From a virus, in IMG/VR virus record IMGVR_UViG_3300046167_000924, positions 1 to 64,000 of that record: a stretch of 64,000 bases of DNA; one strand, 5' to 3'. Numbering within the stretch: position 1 is the first letter of the stretch; every line of letters starts with the position of its first letter. The notes beneath the pieces are model-generated. The model was not told the origin of the DNA, did no database searches, and was given only the letters and a program-made list of their open reading frames with translations. This document shows, piece after piece, positions 10,530 to 20,252 of this stretch. The position numbers were made by a program, and so were the translations under genes.

Positions 10530-10929
10530 GACTTTAACTGGCGCAACCAGAACCGTCAAGAAGTCAAAAAACTTCTTAATAGACTGGGACGCAAAAAGTC
10601 GAAGTAAGATACAATTCAACGTTAAACAATACTTAAAAAAGTATTGGATAAATCATATTGTATTTGAAGAGTTTCCGGTTGCCGGAACAAAACTATCTTT
10701 AGATTTTTACAATGCGAATAAAAAAGTCGCCATAGAGGTTCAAGGCCAACAGCATACAAAATACGTACCTTTTTTTCACGGAGGTAATAAAATTAATTAT
10801 TTAAACCAACTAAAAAGAGATCAAGATAAACTTAAATTCTGTGAATTAAACGACATTCAATTGATCGAGGTATATCAAAACGACAAGCTTGATAAAGATT
10901 TATTTGAGAATCATGGATTAATCCTGTAA
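10519..10929 (+). CDS. PD-(D/E)XK / DUF559-like endonuclease
   Basis: EEFP..LDFY..KVAIEVQGQQH..DQDK..C motif. Confidence 0.65.
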   Translation: MRFKTLTGATRTVKKSKNFLIDWDAKSRSKIQFNVKQYLKKYWINHIVFEEFPVAGTKLSLDFYNANKKVAIEVQGQQHTKYVPFFHGGNKINYLNQLKRDQDKLKFCELNDIQLIEVYQNDKLDKDLFENHGLIL

Positions 10930-10948
10930 TGTGTGTAATATATAATAC

Positions 10949-11230
10949 ATGAGCAACGAAGATATTGACCCAGAAAATTTAAATAAATTTAATTTGCCAG
11001 AAAAGATCTTAACACAACTTTTTGAGTTTTCTGGATTTACAGACGGAGATAGTGGATTTATACTAACATACGTAAATCAAGACGGAACTCCTTCTATAGT
11101 AACAAAGACAAATTCCCCTGTTGTAGAAATGGGTTTAAGAAAAGCTTTAGAGCAATACCTTGAACAGGTTTCAGCCCAAGGCATTGAATTAAACTTTCCA
11201 GGAGAAGGGGGAGACGAAGAAACTCCTTGA
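10949..11230 (+). CDS. Hypothetical protein
   Basis: 93 aa acidic ORF with GTGTAAT motif upstream. Confidence 0.65.
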   Translation: MSNEDIDPENLNKFNLPEKILTQLFEFSGFTDGDSGFILTYVNQDGTPSIVTKTNSPVVEMGLRKALEQYLEQVSAQGIELNFPGEGGDEETP

Positions 11231-11264
11231 CTTATTTCTGTTTGTGTGATACCATTGTCTTATG
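11227..11264 (+). promoter_or_regulatory. Sigma70-type promoter, start codon at predicted TSS (dnaB)
   Basis: TTGACT-17nt-TACCAT (TG extended -10)-6nt-ATG(11262). Confidence 0.65.
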
Positions 11265-12776
11265 GTATATTCATACGAACTAGAACAACATTTACTCGCG
11301 GGCTTAATAAAATATCCAGAATCTTACCCGCTGATAGCGTCCTTTATTACAGATAAAGACTTTTTTGACAAAAACAGCATAGTAAACAAAACTATATTTT
11401 GCGTACTAAGGCAATCACTCGAAGCTTCAGAAATTCTTGATGAAGTTATTTTATCCCAAAGAGTGCAGTCCCTAGGAATATCTTTCGAGGATAATATAAA
11501 TATAGCAGATTATATAAAAGCTTTATCTATGAGGCAAATATCTAAAGACGGAGTATTAAAGGCCGCGAAAGAGCTTAAAAAAATTACAGTACGGAGGGAG
11601 ATTTATGAGGCATCGATTGATGTTGCTCAAAATATGAAATCTATATCCTCGGCATCAACCTATGACGAAATTGTTTCGGAAGCAGATAAAATATATAATG
11701 AAAAAATCAACCTCTATGAAATAGGGGCTAATAATCCAGAAAACCTTTTTGATGAAATGGAGCAATTTATCGAAGAAAGAGGTAATAACCCAATAGATGA
11801 ATTCGGATTAATGGGCCCTCACCAAAGAGTCAACGAACTTTATGGGTCATTACTTAGGCCAGGAAATATAACCGTTGTAGTGGCAAGAGCGGGTGTAGGA
11901 AAAACTCAATTCTGTATGGATTTCTGCACAAAGGTGTCAGCAATAAACAACAACACCCCTATATTGCACTTTGATAATGGAGAAATGAGCAAAGAAGAAC
12001 TTATCGTCCGGCAATGCTCAGCCCTATCTGGAGTACCCATGCACCTGCTGGAAACTGGCAGATGGAGGCAGGCTGGAGAAGAAGTTATTAACAAAGTCAG
12101 GCAAACATGGAGTAAAATAAAAAACTTCCAATTCTTTTATTATAATGTCGCAGGTCACTCTATAGATAGTATGTTAAACATAATTAGAAGGTTTTACTAT
12201 TCTGAAGTAGGAAGAGGTAATAGAATGATCTTTAGCTTCGACTATATAAAAACCACCTATGAGAGACAAAATGGAGCAAGCTCGTGGGAGACGGTTGGAA
12301 GAATGGTTGATAAATTCAAACAGTTAATCCAAAAAGAATTGTGCTTTAATGGGTCACCAACAGTTGCTATGTTAACAAGCGTTCAAAGTAATAGACTTGG
12401 AATCACAAACAACAGAAACTCTGACAATGTGGTTGATGATGAAAGCGTTGTGTCCCTTTCTGATCAAATTACTCAGTTCTGTTCTCACCTCTTCCTTCTT
12501 CGCCAAAAAACTATTGATGAAATACAAAATGAACCAGAAGGGTTTGGTACTCACAAATTTATATGCCTAAAATATAGATGGCTCGGTAAAGACGTGCACA
12601 GGGCGCTTCAACCAATAGAAATGCCAGATGGAAGTAAAAGAAAAAACTATATTAACCTCCACATGGAAAACTTCTCAATAGAAGAGCGCGGCGACCTTGA
12701 AGACTTGGTTGGACATTTAAACTCCGAAGGGGTTGGTGCAGCAGAACAATTTATGGAAGACTTACCAAACATATAA
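11262..12776 (+). CDS. dnaB: Replicative DNA helicase
   Basis: N-terminal E..LLAGLI helical domain, Walker A ARAGVGKT, FDNGEMS, FDYIK, SQ.NR-like motif. Confidence 0.88.
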   Translation: MVYSYELEQHLLAGLIKYPESYPLIASFITDKDFFDKNSIVNKTIFCVLRQSLEASEILDEVILSQRVQSLGISFEDNINIADYIKALSMRQISKDGVLKAAKELKKITVRREIYEASIDVAQNMKSISSASTYDEIVSEADKIYNEKINLYEIGANNPENLFDEMEQFIEERGNNPIDEFGLMGPHQRVNELYGSLLRPGNITVVVARAGVGKTQFCMDFCTKVSAINNNTPILHFDNGEMSKEELIVRQCSALSGVPMHLLETGRWRQAGEEVINKVRQTWSKIKNFQFFYYNVAGHSIDSMLNIIRRFYYSEVGRGNRMIFSFDYIKTTYERQNGASSWETVGRMVDKFKQLIQKELCFNGSPTVAMLTSVQSNRLGITNNRNSDNVVDDESVVSLSDQITQFCSHLFLLRQKTIDEIQNEPEGFGTHKFICLKYRWLGKDVHRALQPIEMPDGSKRKNYINLHMENFSIEERGDLEDLVGHLNSEGVGAAEQFMEDLPNI

Positions 12777-13819
12777 TGCAGTCTCTATCTTCAGATAAAA
12801 TAAAAGATTGTTTAATCAATCTAGGCTACAAGCTCAATGATCGCGGACCCTATTGGCAGACGAATGCTATTTTTAGGAATGGAGATAATAACACAGCAAT
12901 CCAAATATACAAAAACACAGGTGTTTGGAAAGACCACGTTCAAGGGTCAAGCTTTTCTCCCCTAAAAAGATTGGTTGAGATAACGCTAGGAACTAACGAT
13001 AAGAACGAACTAAAAAAGTATTTAGAAGAAGAAGATATAGGTGCAAATTACAATAAAATAGAATCAATAGAAAAAATAGAAATGGACGAAATTTACCCAG
13101 AAGACTGCTTAAGCAAACTATTACCTCATTATAAATTTTACAACGACAGAGGTATTAGCGACGAAACCTTGAAAAAATTAAAAGGAGGATTCGCCACAAA
13201 CGGAAAATTAAATAAAAGATTCATCTTTCCTATATATAATGAATTCAACCAAATCCACGGTTTCTCAGGTAGAGATATGACGAGTTCAGAAGGAAGGCCA
13301 AAATGGAAACATATTGGAAAGAAAAAATCATGGATTTACCCTTTATACGCAAATAAAGAAACAAAGATCGCAATCCAAGAAAAAGATTCGGTCATATTAG
13401 TCGAAAGTATTGGAGATTTATTGAAATTAAATGAACGCGGATATTATAATGTTCTTGTAACTTTTGGCTTAGATTTGCCCAATAAATTAATTTTTTCCTT
13501 AATATCTTTAAATCCATCCAAAGTTATCTTATCATTGAACAACGATTTAGGATCCTCAAGGAATAGAGGTCTTGAAGCTTCAATAAAAAATTATTTAAAA
13601 TTACTGAATTACCTAGAGCCAGATAAAATTTTAATATGTTTACCTACTGCAAAAGATTTTGGAGAAATGTGTCCCGATCAATTTAATTCTTGGGAAAATA
13701 AACTATTATCTACAGAACCAAAAACACAACAAACATTTATAATAAAAGAGATACAAAAGCTGGAAAAGATCATACCAAAAAGTATATTAAAAAATAAAAA
13801 AATAATATCCAATGAGTGA
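12776..13819 (+). CDS. dnaG: DNA primase (DnaG/TOPRIM-type)
   Basis: RFIFPIYN..GFSGR, KWKH, VILVESIGDLL and LNND TOPRIM motifs; follows dnaB. Confidence 0.7.
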   Translation: MQSLSSDKIKDCLINLGYKLNDRGPYWQTNAIFRNGDNNTAIQIYKNTGVWKDHVQGSSFSPLKRLVEITLGTNDKNELKKYLEEEDIGANYNKIESIEKIEMDEIYPEDCLSKLLPHYKFYNDRGISDETLKKLKGGFATNGKLNKRFIFPIYNEFNQIHGFSGRDMTSSEGRPKWKHIGKKKSWIYPLYANKETKIAIQEKDSVILVESIGDLLKLNERGYYNVLVTFGLDLPNKLIFSLISLNPSKVILSLNNDLGSSRNRGLEASIKNYLKLLNYLEPDKILICLPTAKDFGEMCPDQFNSWENKLLSTEPKTQQTFIIKEIQKLEKIIPKSILKNKKIISNE

Positions 13820-14897
13820 ATTAACAAAACTTTCAGCGAGTAGAATAAAAACAGCGCAAACATGTTCTTGGACCTATTGGTGCAATTATAAATTAAAATT
13901 ACCTCAAGCAGGAAATGACGGATCAAGCAGAGGGACCATTTGCCACAACATCTTTGAATTACTAGGAGATCATCATAAATCTGAATTTGATAAAATTATA
14001 AAAGAAGGAACAATATGGAATACAGAAGTGGTCGCAGCCCAAGTTAAAAATGAAGCTCAAGAACTCAATGTCTCAGACCAAGAAAATTTAGATCTCATTG
14101 ACGAAATGATTGTTGCAGGACTAAGGTGTGATTTTTTTGGAGACTCTGACGAAGAACCCACTGCAGCTGAGTCTGAAAGATTTTTTGATCTCGAAATAGA
14201 TAAACCAGAAAAAGGAATTAGATATGCAGTAAGAGGTTACATAGATAAACTTTTTAAATATAAAGATAATTCTGTAATAATTCGAGACTTTAAAAGCAGT
14301 AAGCAAGTCTTCAAGGGAAAAGAAATAACAGATAATTTGCAAAATTTAATTTATAGTTTAGCCGTAAAACATTTAATGCCAGAAACTGAACCTCAAAGTG
14401 AATTTATATTTTTAAGATTTGACTTAGATAAAGATGTTCTTGGTGAAAGGGGTAAGGGTTATGTAAAAATGGACAAGATTAGCGAAGAAGAGCTTGAAGG
14501 CTTCGAGTATCAACTAACAGAATTCCAAAAATATATAGACAACTTCGATGAGGATTGCGGAAAATCGAACTTTGCAGCAAAACAAGACTACCCTAAAGAC
14601 GGAACATTTGGTGGACCTTTAGCTTGCGGAAAGGATGGATTTAAAATGTCTTACGGGCAGCCTGTTTTGGATAAGTCAGGAGAACCGATTAAAGCCTTTA
14701 TTTGCCCATACAGAAAACCCATGGAATACTATGTACTACAAGACAAGCACGGCAAGATACTAAAAAGTGCATTTACAGAAAAAAAAGATTCTCTCGAAGC
14801 TAAAACTAAAGAAGGAGAAAAAATCGTTAAAATGAATTATGATGGATGCCCTCACTGGCAAAATAAAAATAAAATAGATGACTTCTTAGATGGATAA
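13812..14897 (+). CDS. PD-(D/E)XK nuclease superfamily (RecB/AddB-like exonuclease)
   Basis: LSASRI..C, GT..H, RGYIDKL..IIRDFKSS, Q..IY motifs; C-terminal Cys residues. Confidence 0.75.
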   Translation: MSELTKLSASRIKTAQTCSWTYWCNYKLKLPQAGNDGSSRGTICHNIFELLGDHHKSEFDKIIKEGTIWNTEVVAAQVKNEAQELNVSDQENLDLIDEMIVAGLRCDFFGDSDEEPTAAESERFFDLEIDKPEKGIRYAVRGYIDKLFKYKDNSVIIRDFKSSKQVFKGKEITDNLQNLIYSLAVKHLMPETEPQSEFIFLRFDLDKDVLGERGKGYVKMDKISEEELEGFEYQLTEFQKYIDNFDEDCGKSNFAAKQDYPKDGTFGGPLACGKDGFKMSYGQPVLDKSGEPIKAFICPYRKPMEYYVLQDKHGKILKSAFTEKKDSLEAKTKEGEKIVKMNYDGCPHWQNKNKIDDFLDG

Positions 14898-15288
14898 GAC
14901 TGACGCCGCAGGAATTTTAGTAAAACTAGGAGATTTAATTTTATTAGGCCGTAGATCAAAAGCTTGCGAAAGCCTTTCTGGATATTGGGCTATTCCGGGT
15001 GGAGCGATAGAATTAAATGAAACACCCGAAGAAGCTGCGCTTAGAGAATTTCTTGAAGAAACGGGCGAGCAAATAAACCAACAAATATCATATTTGACTA
15101 GATTCTCAACCCCAAATGGCGGAACGTTTTTTGTGTACTATACAGAGTTACAAGATTTAATTTTTCCCAGCTCCGACGCTAAGGACGCTTTTGAGCACGA
15201 CGAATGGGGATTTTTTAAAATAGAAAAAAACTGTTTACCAACACCAATAACAAAAGAAACTACAAAAGCAATTTTAATGACAAAATGA
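14890..15288 (+). CDS. NUDIX hydrolase
   Basis: Canonical Nudix box GGAIELNETPEEAALREFLEETG. Confidence 0.9.
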   Translation: MDKTDAAGILVKLGDLILLGRRSKACESLSGYWAIPGGAIELNETPEEAALREFLEETGEQINQQISYLTRFSTPNGGTFFVYYTELQDLIFPSSDAKDAFEHDEWGFFKIEKNCLPTPITKETTKAILMTK

Positions 15289-16316
15289 AAAAAATCATAA
15301 TAACAGGAGTTACAGGTCAAGACGGAAGCCACATGGTTGATTACCTTCTTAAAAATACAAATCACGAATTATACGGAACAGCCAGGAGGCTTAGCGTGAA
15401 AAATCATGAAAATATACTACATCTAGAAAAAGAATCTAGATTTAATTTAATTAACATGGACCTAAATGACGCGCACAGTATAAGAGATGTAATACTAGAT
15501 GTTCAACCTGATTACTTTATAAATTTTGCGGCACAATCTTTTGTTGCCGGAAGTTGGGATTACCCAATTCAAACTTGGGATACAGATGCAGATGCAGTTC
15601 TGCATATACTTGAATCTATCCGAAGATTCTCTCCGCACTGCAAATTTTACAATGCAGGATCCTCAGAAGAATTTGGTGATGTGATTTGCTCACCCCAAGA
15701 CGAAAAACACCCATTAAGACCTCAATCTCCATATGGTGCCGCAAAATGCGCGGCAAGGCATATTGTCAGAGTCTACAGGGAATCTTATAATTTATACGCA
15801 GTCCAAGGATGGCTTTTTAACCACGAAGGTAGTAGGAGGGGCTTAGATTTTGTTACAAGGAAAATCACGCACACAATAGCAAGAGTCAAAATAGCAATGG
15901 AAAAAGGCAAGACTCCTCCAGTTTTAAAGTTGGGAAATATAGAGGCTAAAAGAGATTGGAGCGATGCGGAAGACTTCATGGAGGGTGTGTGGCTAATGCT
16001 AAATCAAGATTTTCCTAAAAATTACGTATTAGGGAGTGGAGAAATGCATACAGTAAGAGAATTTCTTAATGAGGCCTTAAAAAATGCTGGCATAAAATTC
16101 ACTTCCTCTGGAGAAAATGAGGCAGAAAAATATTTCAATGAAAATAAAGATTTAATCTTCGAGGTTGACCCAAAATTCTACAGACCTGCGGAAGTCCATG
16201 AGTTATGTGGAGACTGCTCCTTAGCTGAAAATGAAATGGGGTGGACCCGCAAAACAGATTTTTATGGACTCGTTAAGAAGATGTATCAAAGCGATTACAT
16301 GCTTTTGAGTCAATGA
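15285..16316 (+). CDS. gmd: GDP-mannose 4,6-dehydratase
   Basis: ITGVTGQDGS, AAQSFV, PQSPYGAAK, FNHE..RRG..FVTRKI, RDW motifs. Confidence 0.95.
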   Translation: MKKIIITGVTGQDGSHMVDYLLKNTNHELYGTARRLSVKNHENILHLEKESRFNLINMDLNDAHSIRDVILDVQPDYFINFAAQSFVAGSWDYPIQTWDTDADAVLHILESIRRFSPHCKFYNAGSSEEFGDVICSPQDEKHPLRPQSPYGAAKCAARHIVRVYRESYNLYAVQGWLFNHEGSRRGLDFVTRKITHTIARVKIAMEKGKTPPVLKLGNIEAKRDWSDAEDFMEGVWLMLNQDFPKNYVLGSGEMHTVREFLNEALKNAGIKFTSSGENEAEKYFNENKDLIFEVDPKFYRPAEVHELCGDCSLAENEMGWTRKTDFYGLVKKMYQSDYMLLSQ

Positions 16317-17269
16317 AGTATACAAAAATTTTTGTAGCAGGTCACGCAGGAATGGTTGGCTCTGCAGTTGTGGATTATCTAAAATCAATAGGTTGCAAAA
16401 AAATTTTAACAAAAACAAGAAAGCAACTAGATTTAACGAAGCAAAGTGAAGTCCATAAATTTTTCGGAAGAGAGCGCCCAGAAATAGTAATCATTTGCGC
16501 CGCTAAAGTTGGAGGAATTCTTGCTAATAACACCTATCGCGCAGATTTTATATATGAAAATTTACAAATAGCCACAAACTTAATACATGCCTCCCATATA
16601 TACAATGTTCATAAGTTGATCAATCTTGGAAGCTCATGCATCTACCCTAGAGATTCAGAAATTCCGATTAAAGAAGAATATCTATTGACAGATATTTTAG
16701 AAAAAACAAATGAACCTTATGCAATTGCAAAAATAGCAGCAATTAAGCTCTGCGAAAGCTTTTACCAGCAATATAATAATAATTTTTATTCTATCATGCC
16801 TTGTAATATGTACGGAACAAGAGATAACTTTAATTTAGAAACTTCTCATGTTTTACCTGCATTAATAAGAAAAGTTTACGAAGCTAAGCAGAATAAAAAA
16901 GAGTCAGTCGAAGTCTGGGGTAGCGGAAAACCATTGCGTGAATTTTTACACGTCGATGATTTAGCTAGAGCAATAACATATTGCCTAGAGAATATTGACG
17001 CAAAAGATATATATAGCAAAGAAATTTCCCACTTAAACTGCGGCTCAAATAGTGAAGTATCAATACTGGATTTAGTTTTACTCATAAAGAAAATTGTAGG
17101 TTACGAAGGGGACATTGTTTTTGACAGCTCAAAACCTGACGGAACATTTCGTAAAAAAATGGATAACACCCAAATATCCAATATGGGATTCGAGCCAAAT
17201 ATATCATTAGAAAAAGGGCTGACAGATACATATAATTGGTATATAGAAAATCAACATAAATTTGTGTAA
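16313..17269 (+). CDS. fcl: GDP-L-fucose synthase
   Basis: AGHAGMVGSA, AAKVGGILAN, LGSSCIYP, YAIAKIA, SHVLPAL, REFLHVDD, KPDG motifs. Confidence 0.95.
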   Translation: MKYTKIFVAGHAGMVGSAVVDYLKSIGCKKILTKTRKQLDLTKQSEVHKFFGRERPEIVIICAAKVGGILANNTYRADFIYENLQIATNLIHASHIYNVHKLINLGSSCIYPRDSEIPIKEEYLLTDILEKTNEPYAIAKIAAIKLCESFYQQYNNNFYSIMPCNMYGTRDNFNLETSHVLPALIRKVYEAKQNKKESVEVWGSGKPLREFLHVDDLARAITYCLENIDAKDIYSKEISHLNCGSNSEVSILDLVLLIKKIVGYEGDIVFDSSKPDGTFRKKMDNTQISNMGFEPNISLEKGLTDTYNWYIENQHKFV

Positions 17270-17278
17270 TAAATAACT

Positions 17279-18490
17279 ATGGAAAAAAAATCTTACTCAG
17301 CAAAACGATCTGGGCCAAAGAGCTCGGCGCAAACACCCGCAAAAAAGTCCGAACAAAAAAAAGGTTCCGATAAAAACAAACCTGGAAGCGCAGGAGAAAA
17401 AGGCGGAAAAATAACTTTTTCAGATAGAGTTCTTGAATCTTTAAAATCTAAAGTTAAGGAGCACAATTCTAAGAGTAAAAAAAAGGTAACCTTATCTCAA
17501 TTAAAGAAAATATACAGAAGAGGCGCAGGGGCTTTTTCATCAAGCCATAGACCAGGAAAAAGTAGAGGTCAATGGGCGATGGCCAGAGTAAATATGTTTT
17601 TAAAAATGGTTAGAGGTGGAAAAGTTAAAGATAGCTACCGCAAGGCTGATCAAGATGTAGCTAAAGCTTCTGCTGGAGTTTTGATTGATGATGGAGTAAG
17701 AGACGAAGCTAATTTATTCACAGAAGAAGATCTTATTACCGCAAATCTAGATATTTGTAACCACCAGCTTCAAGAAGATCCTGAGTTCTCGAACGAAATG
17801 TGGAGTACAATCTTTATTGATGTAGACGAACTTGGCTTTGAAGAGTATGTTGATGAAGAAAGCTGGGCCTCAGAAGCGAATAAAGGAAAAAAATTAAATA
17901 AACCATTCAGAACGCCCAAGGGGCCAAAGAAATTTTCTGTTTATGTTAAAAATGAAAAAGGTAATGTTGTTAAAGTAAATTTCGGCGATCCAAATATGGA
18001 GATTAAGCGCGATAACCCGAATCGCAGAAAAAGCTTTAGAGCTAGACATAATTGCGCAGACCCAGGCCCGAAAACAAAAGCTCGCTATTGGAGCTGTAAA
18101 ATGTGGAGCAAAAAAAGCGTGACAAACGTAACAAAAGGAGAAGAGAATCTGGAAGAAGGTCAAGAGGAACCGTCTGAAAGTGATGCTGGTCTTTGGGAAA
18201 ATATTCAAAAAAAGAAAAAAAGAATGGGTAAAAACTATAAACCCGCAAAGCCAGGAGACAAAGATTATCCATCTAAAGAAGCAATCAAAAAAGCGCAGTC
18301 TAAAAAAATGAAAAAAGATTATGCTGCAGAAGATGAATTTAAACCTCATATGATGTACGACCCTAAAACAGGGAAAGCTTATAAAGCTAAAACCCTAGAG
18401 GATCATTTAAAAATGAAAAAAATGGGATACACACATGAAAAACCAGATCCTTCGAAAGCGGGTTACCAAGACAAAAAAGAAAAAAGTTGA
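17279..18490 (+). CDS. Modular basic/acidic hypothetical protein (DUF5824-like N-terminal module plus other short phage modules)
   Basis: KIYRRGAGAF..HRPG..QWAMARVN; KKFSVYVK..VNFGDPNM..RRKSFRARHNC..YWSC; GLWENI; MYDPKTGK..DHL modules; GTGTAAT upstream. Confidence 0.6.
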   Translation: MEKKSYSAKRSGPKSSAQTPAKKSEQKKGSDKNKPGSAGEKGGKITFSDRVLESLKSKVKEHNSKSKKKVTLSQLKKIYRRGAGAFSSSHRPGKSRGQWAMARVNMFLKMVRGGKVKDSYRKADQDVAKASAGVLIDDGVRDEANLFTEEDLITANLDICNHQLQEDPEFSNEMWSTIFIDVDELGFEEYVDEESWASEANKGKKLNKPFRTPKGPKKFSVYVKNEKGNVVKVNFGDPNMEIKRDNPNRRKSFRARHNCADPGPKTKARYWSCKMWSKKSVTNVTKGEENLEEGQEEPSESDAGLWENIQKKKKRMGKNYKPAKPGDKDYPSKEAIKKAQSKKMKKDYAAEDEFKPHMMYDPKTGKAYKAKTLEDHLKMKKMGYTHEKPDPSKAGYQDKKEKS

Positions 18491-19083
18491 ACTTAATTGA
18501 CGGCAAAGATCGAGTAGTTTTAATACTCTCGCATTTTTGGACGCCTATTAATATAACTACAGCAAAAGAAGGAATAAGAAAACTTATATCATGTGGATCA
18601 AAATCTAATGAAATTCAATCGGTTCATGCTTTAAGTTTTTCTGGAGAACCTTTATCCTGGGAGGATTGGATTAATTCCGAGCGAGCAACTTATTACAAAA
18701 ACCAACCATTTTTAAGTTCTTGCAATAGATTGTATCCAGTACCTACGATTTTATTAACAACCTCTAAATGGGTATATAAAAGCAAAAACCCTCCCAACTT
18801 ACGCTATCTATACCAAAGATATGAAGGTGTGTGTCAGATTTGCGGCGAACATTTCGACATGAAAGATATGACCATCGAACACGTATACCCTAAAAGCAAA
18901 GGCGGAACAAAAGAAGATTTCAATGTAACAATGACTTGTCAGTCATGTAACTGCAAAAAAGGCACCCTATATCCATACAAAAACTATAAAGGAGAAAACC
19001 TAAAAGGGTTCAAGCCTTGGCGTTTTTTTCACGCCTTCCAAAAAGAGCGGGAGGAGTGGCGCCCGTTTCTATTTAAAAATTAA
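18487..19083 (+). CDS. HNH endonuclease
   Basis: CQICG..TIEHVYPKSKGG..N..TCQSCNCKKG; TTG start overlapping upstream stop. Confidence 0.85.
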   Translation: MNLIDGKDRVVLILSHFWTPINITTAKEGIRKLISCGSKSNEIQSVHALSFSGEPLSWEDWINSERATYYKNQPFLSSCNRLYPVPTILLTTSKWVYKSKNPPNLRYLYQRYEGVCQICGEHFDMKDMTIEHVYPKSKGGTKEDFNVTMTCQSCNCKKGTLYPYKNYKGENLKGFKPWRFFHAFQKEREEWRPFLFKN

Positions 19084-19288
19084 TTGGCACAATTATAGCA
19101 AATATAGTATTGTAAATTCAATAGCGCAGTCGTTATTGAGACACATTTACACACTACAAATAAACCGCAACCATGAACAGTGGATTATTGAATGTGAAAA
19201 ATACCCAAGATTAAAAATAAAACAAGTGCAAGAATAAAAATAGCTTGACATTTCCCAGAAATAGTATATTATAGTGTTCATTAATATT

Positions 19289-19942
19289 ATGAAAACAACA
19301 ACATTAATTATTACAGCCCTTTTTGGGTTTTTTATCAACGCAGTTCTAGCAGGAAATCATACTCTAGGTACAAAGTACAGCTCGGATTATTTCTATCGAG
19401 GCACACTAAAGTCTCAAGAATCTATTCAGCTGAATGTCGGAACAAGCGGCAAAGCTCTTGGCTTAGATTATTCCCTTGGAGCGTTCACGAACCAGTCTAT
19501 TGACAATGGAACAGATACATACATCTTATCTGCAGGAGTCTCAAAGTCTTTTCTTGACAGCTTAGTTTCTGTTTATGCGGGAGTTAATCATGTTGAAGAT
19601 GTAGATGGAGAAGCTCTTATGGAAGGAGCTTTAAGTTTTGAGTTTAACACTCTACTTTCTCCGACAGTTTCTGTTTTTAGAGACCTGGATCAAGATAACT
19701 GGACGACAGAGCTCGCCGTTTCTCATAGCGTAGATCTCACATTCGCTTCCTTAGGCCTTGGAGGTTCTATTGGAAATACAGAAAATGCAGCCTCTCAAGA
19801 TGAGACTTATTATTCTATTGATGCAGGGCTATCTAAAGCTATTTCAGAAAAATCTGCAATCTCGCTAGATGTGTCAAGGGTTGACTCAGACTCAATCGGT
19901 GGAGAATATGTTTTAGGCTTAGGCGTTTCAGTTCAATTCTAA
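19289..19942 (+). CDS. Outer-membrane beta-barrel protein (TIGR02001-like) with signal peptide
   Basis: Signal peptide MKTTTLIITALFGFFINAVLA, S.Y..RG near N-terminus, alternating amphipathic strands, C-terminal aromatic residue (VSVQF); TTGACA..TATTAT promoter upstream. Confidence 0.65.
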   Translation: MKTTTLIITALFGFFINAVLAGNHTLGTKYSSDYFYRGTLKSQESIQLNVGTSGKALGLDYSLGAFTNQSIDNGTDTYILSAGVSKSFLDSLVSVYAGVNHVEDVDGEALMEGALSFEFNTLLSPTVSVFRDLDQDNWTTELAVSHSVDLTFASLGLGGSIGNTENAASQDETYYSIDAGLSKAISEKSAISLDVSRVDSDSIGGEYVLGLGVSVQF

Positions 19943-19949
19943 TCTATTT

Positions 19950-20192
19950 ATGAAAAATACAATCGATACGATTAAATCATATGCAGGAGGCGTCACAAGC
20001 GTCTTGCTGTCAATTATCGGCCTATTGGTCGTAGCTCAAGTCGTCTTTGGCGCCGGAGCTCCTATTAACGTAATCGGCAACCTTCAGGATGTCGTAACAG
20101 GCTTTGTCGGACAGGGCGCCTCGCTAGCAGGAATCATCACGCTGCTTCTTCTGGTCGCACTACTCAAACCACCAAGTTCAGACAAAGGTTAG
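19950..20192 (+). CDS. Small integral membrane protein
   Basis: 80 aa with two hydrophobic segments and central NVIGNL motif. Confidence 0.7.
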   Translation: MKNTIDTIKSYAGGVTSVLLSIIGLLVVAQVVFGAGAPINVIGNLQDVVTGFVGQGASLAGIITLLLLVALLKPPSSDKG

Positions 20193-20214
20193 ATCTATTT
20201 TAGATCCTATTATG

Positions 20215-20238
20215 AAGCCGCCTTCGGGCGGCTTTTTT
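20215..20238 (+). terminator. Rho-independent terminator
   Basis: AAGCCGCC-TTCG-GGCGGCTT then T-run. Confidence 0.85.
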
Positions 20239-20252
20239 GTGTAATATAAGAT

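Noticed and set aside
13812-14897. Cas4/CRISPR-associated nuclease
   Set aside because: It sits in the replication operon as a PD-(D/E)XK exonuclease, with no CRISPR context.
18487-19083. HNH gene as part of a group I intron
   Set aside because: The flanking genes appear complete and no intron core elements were recognised; treated as a free-standing HNH.
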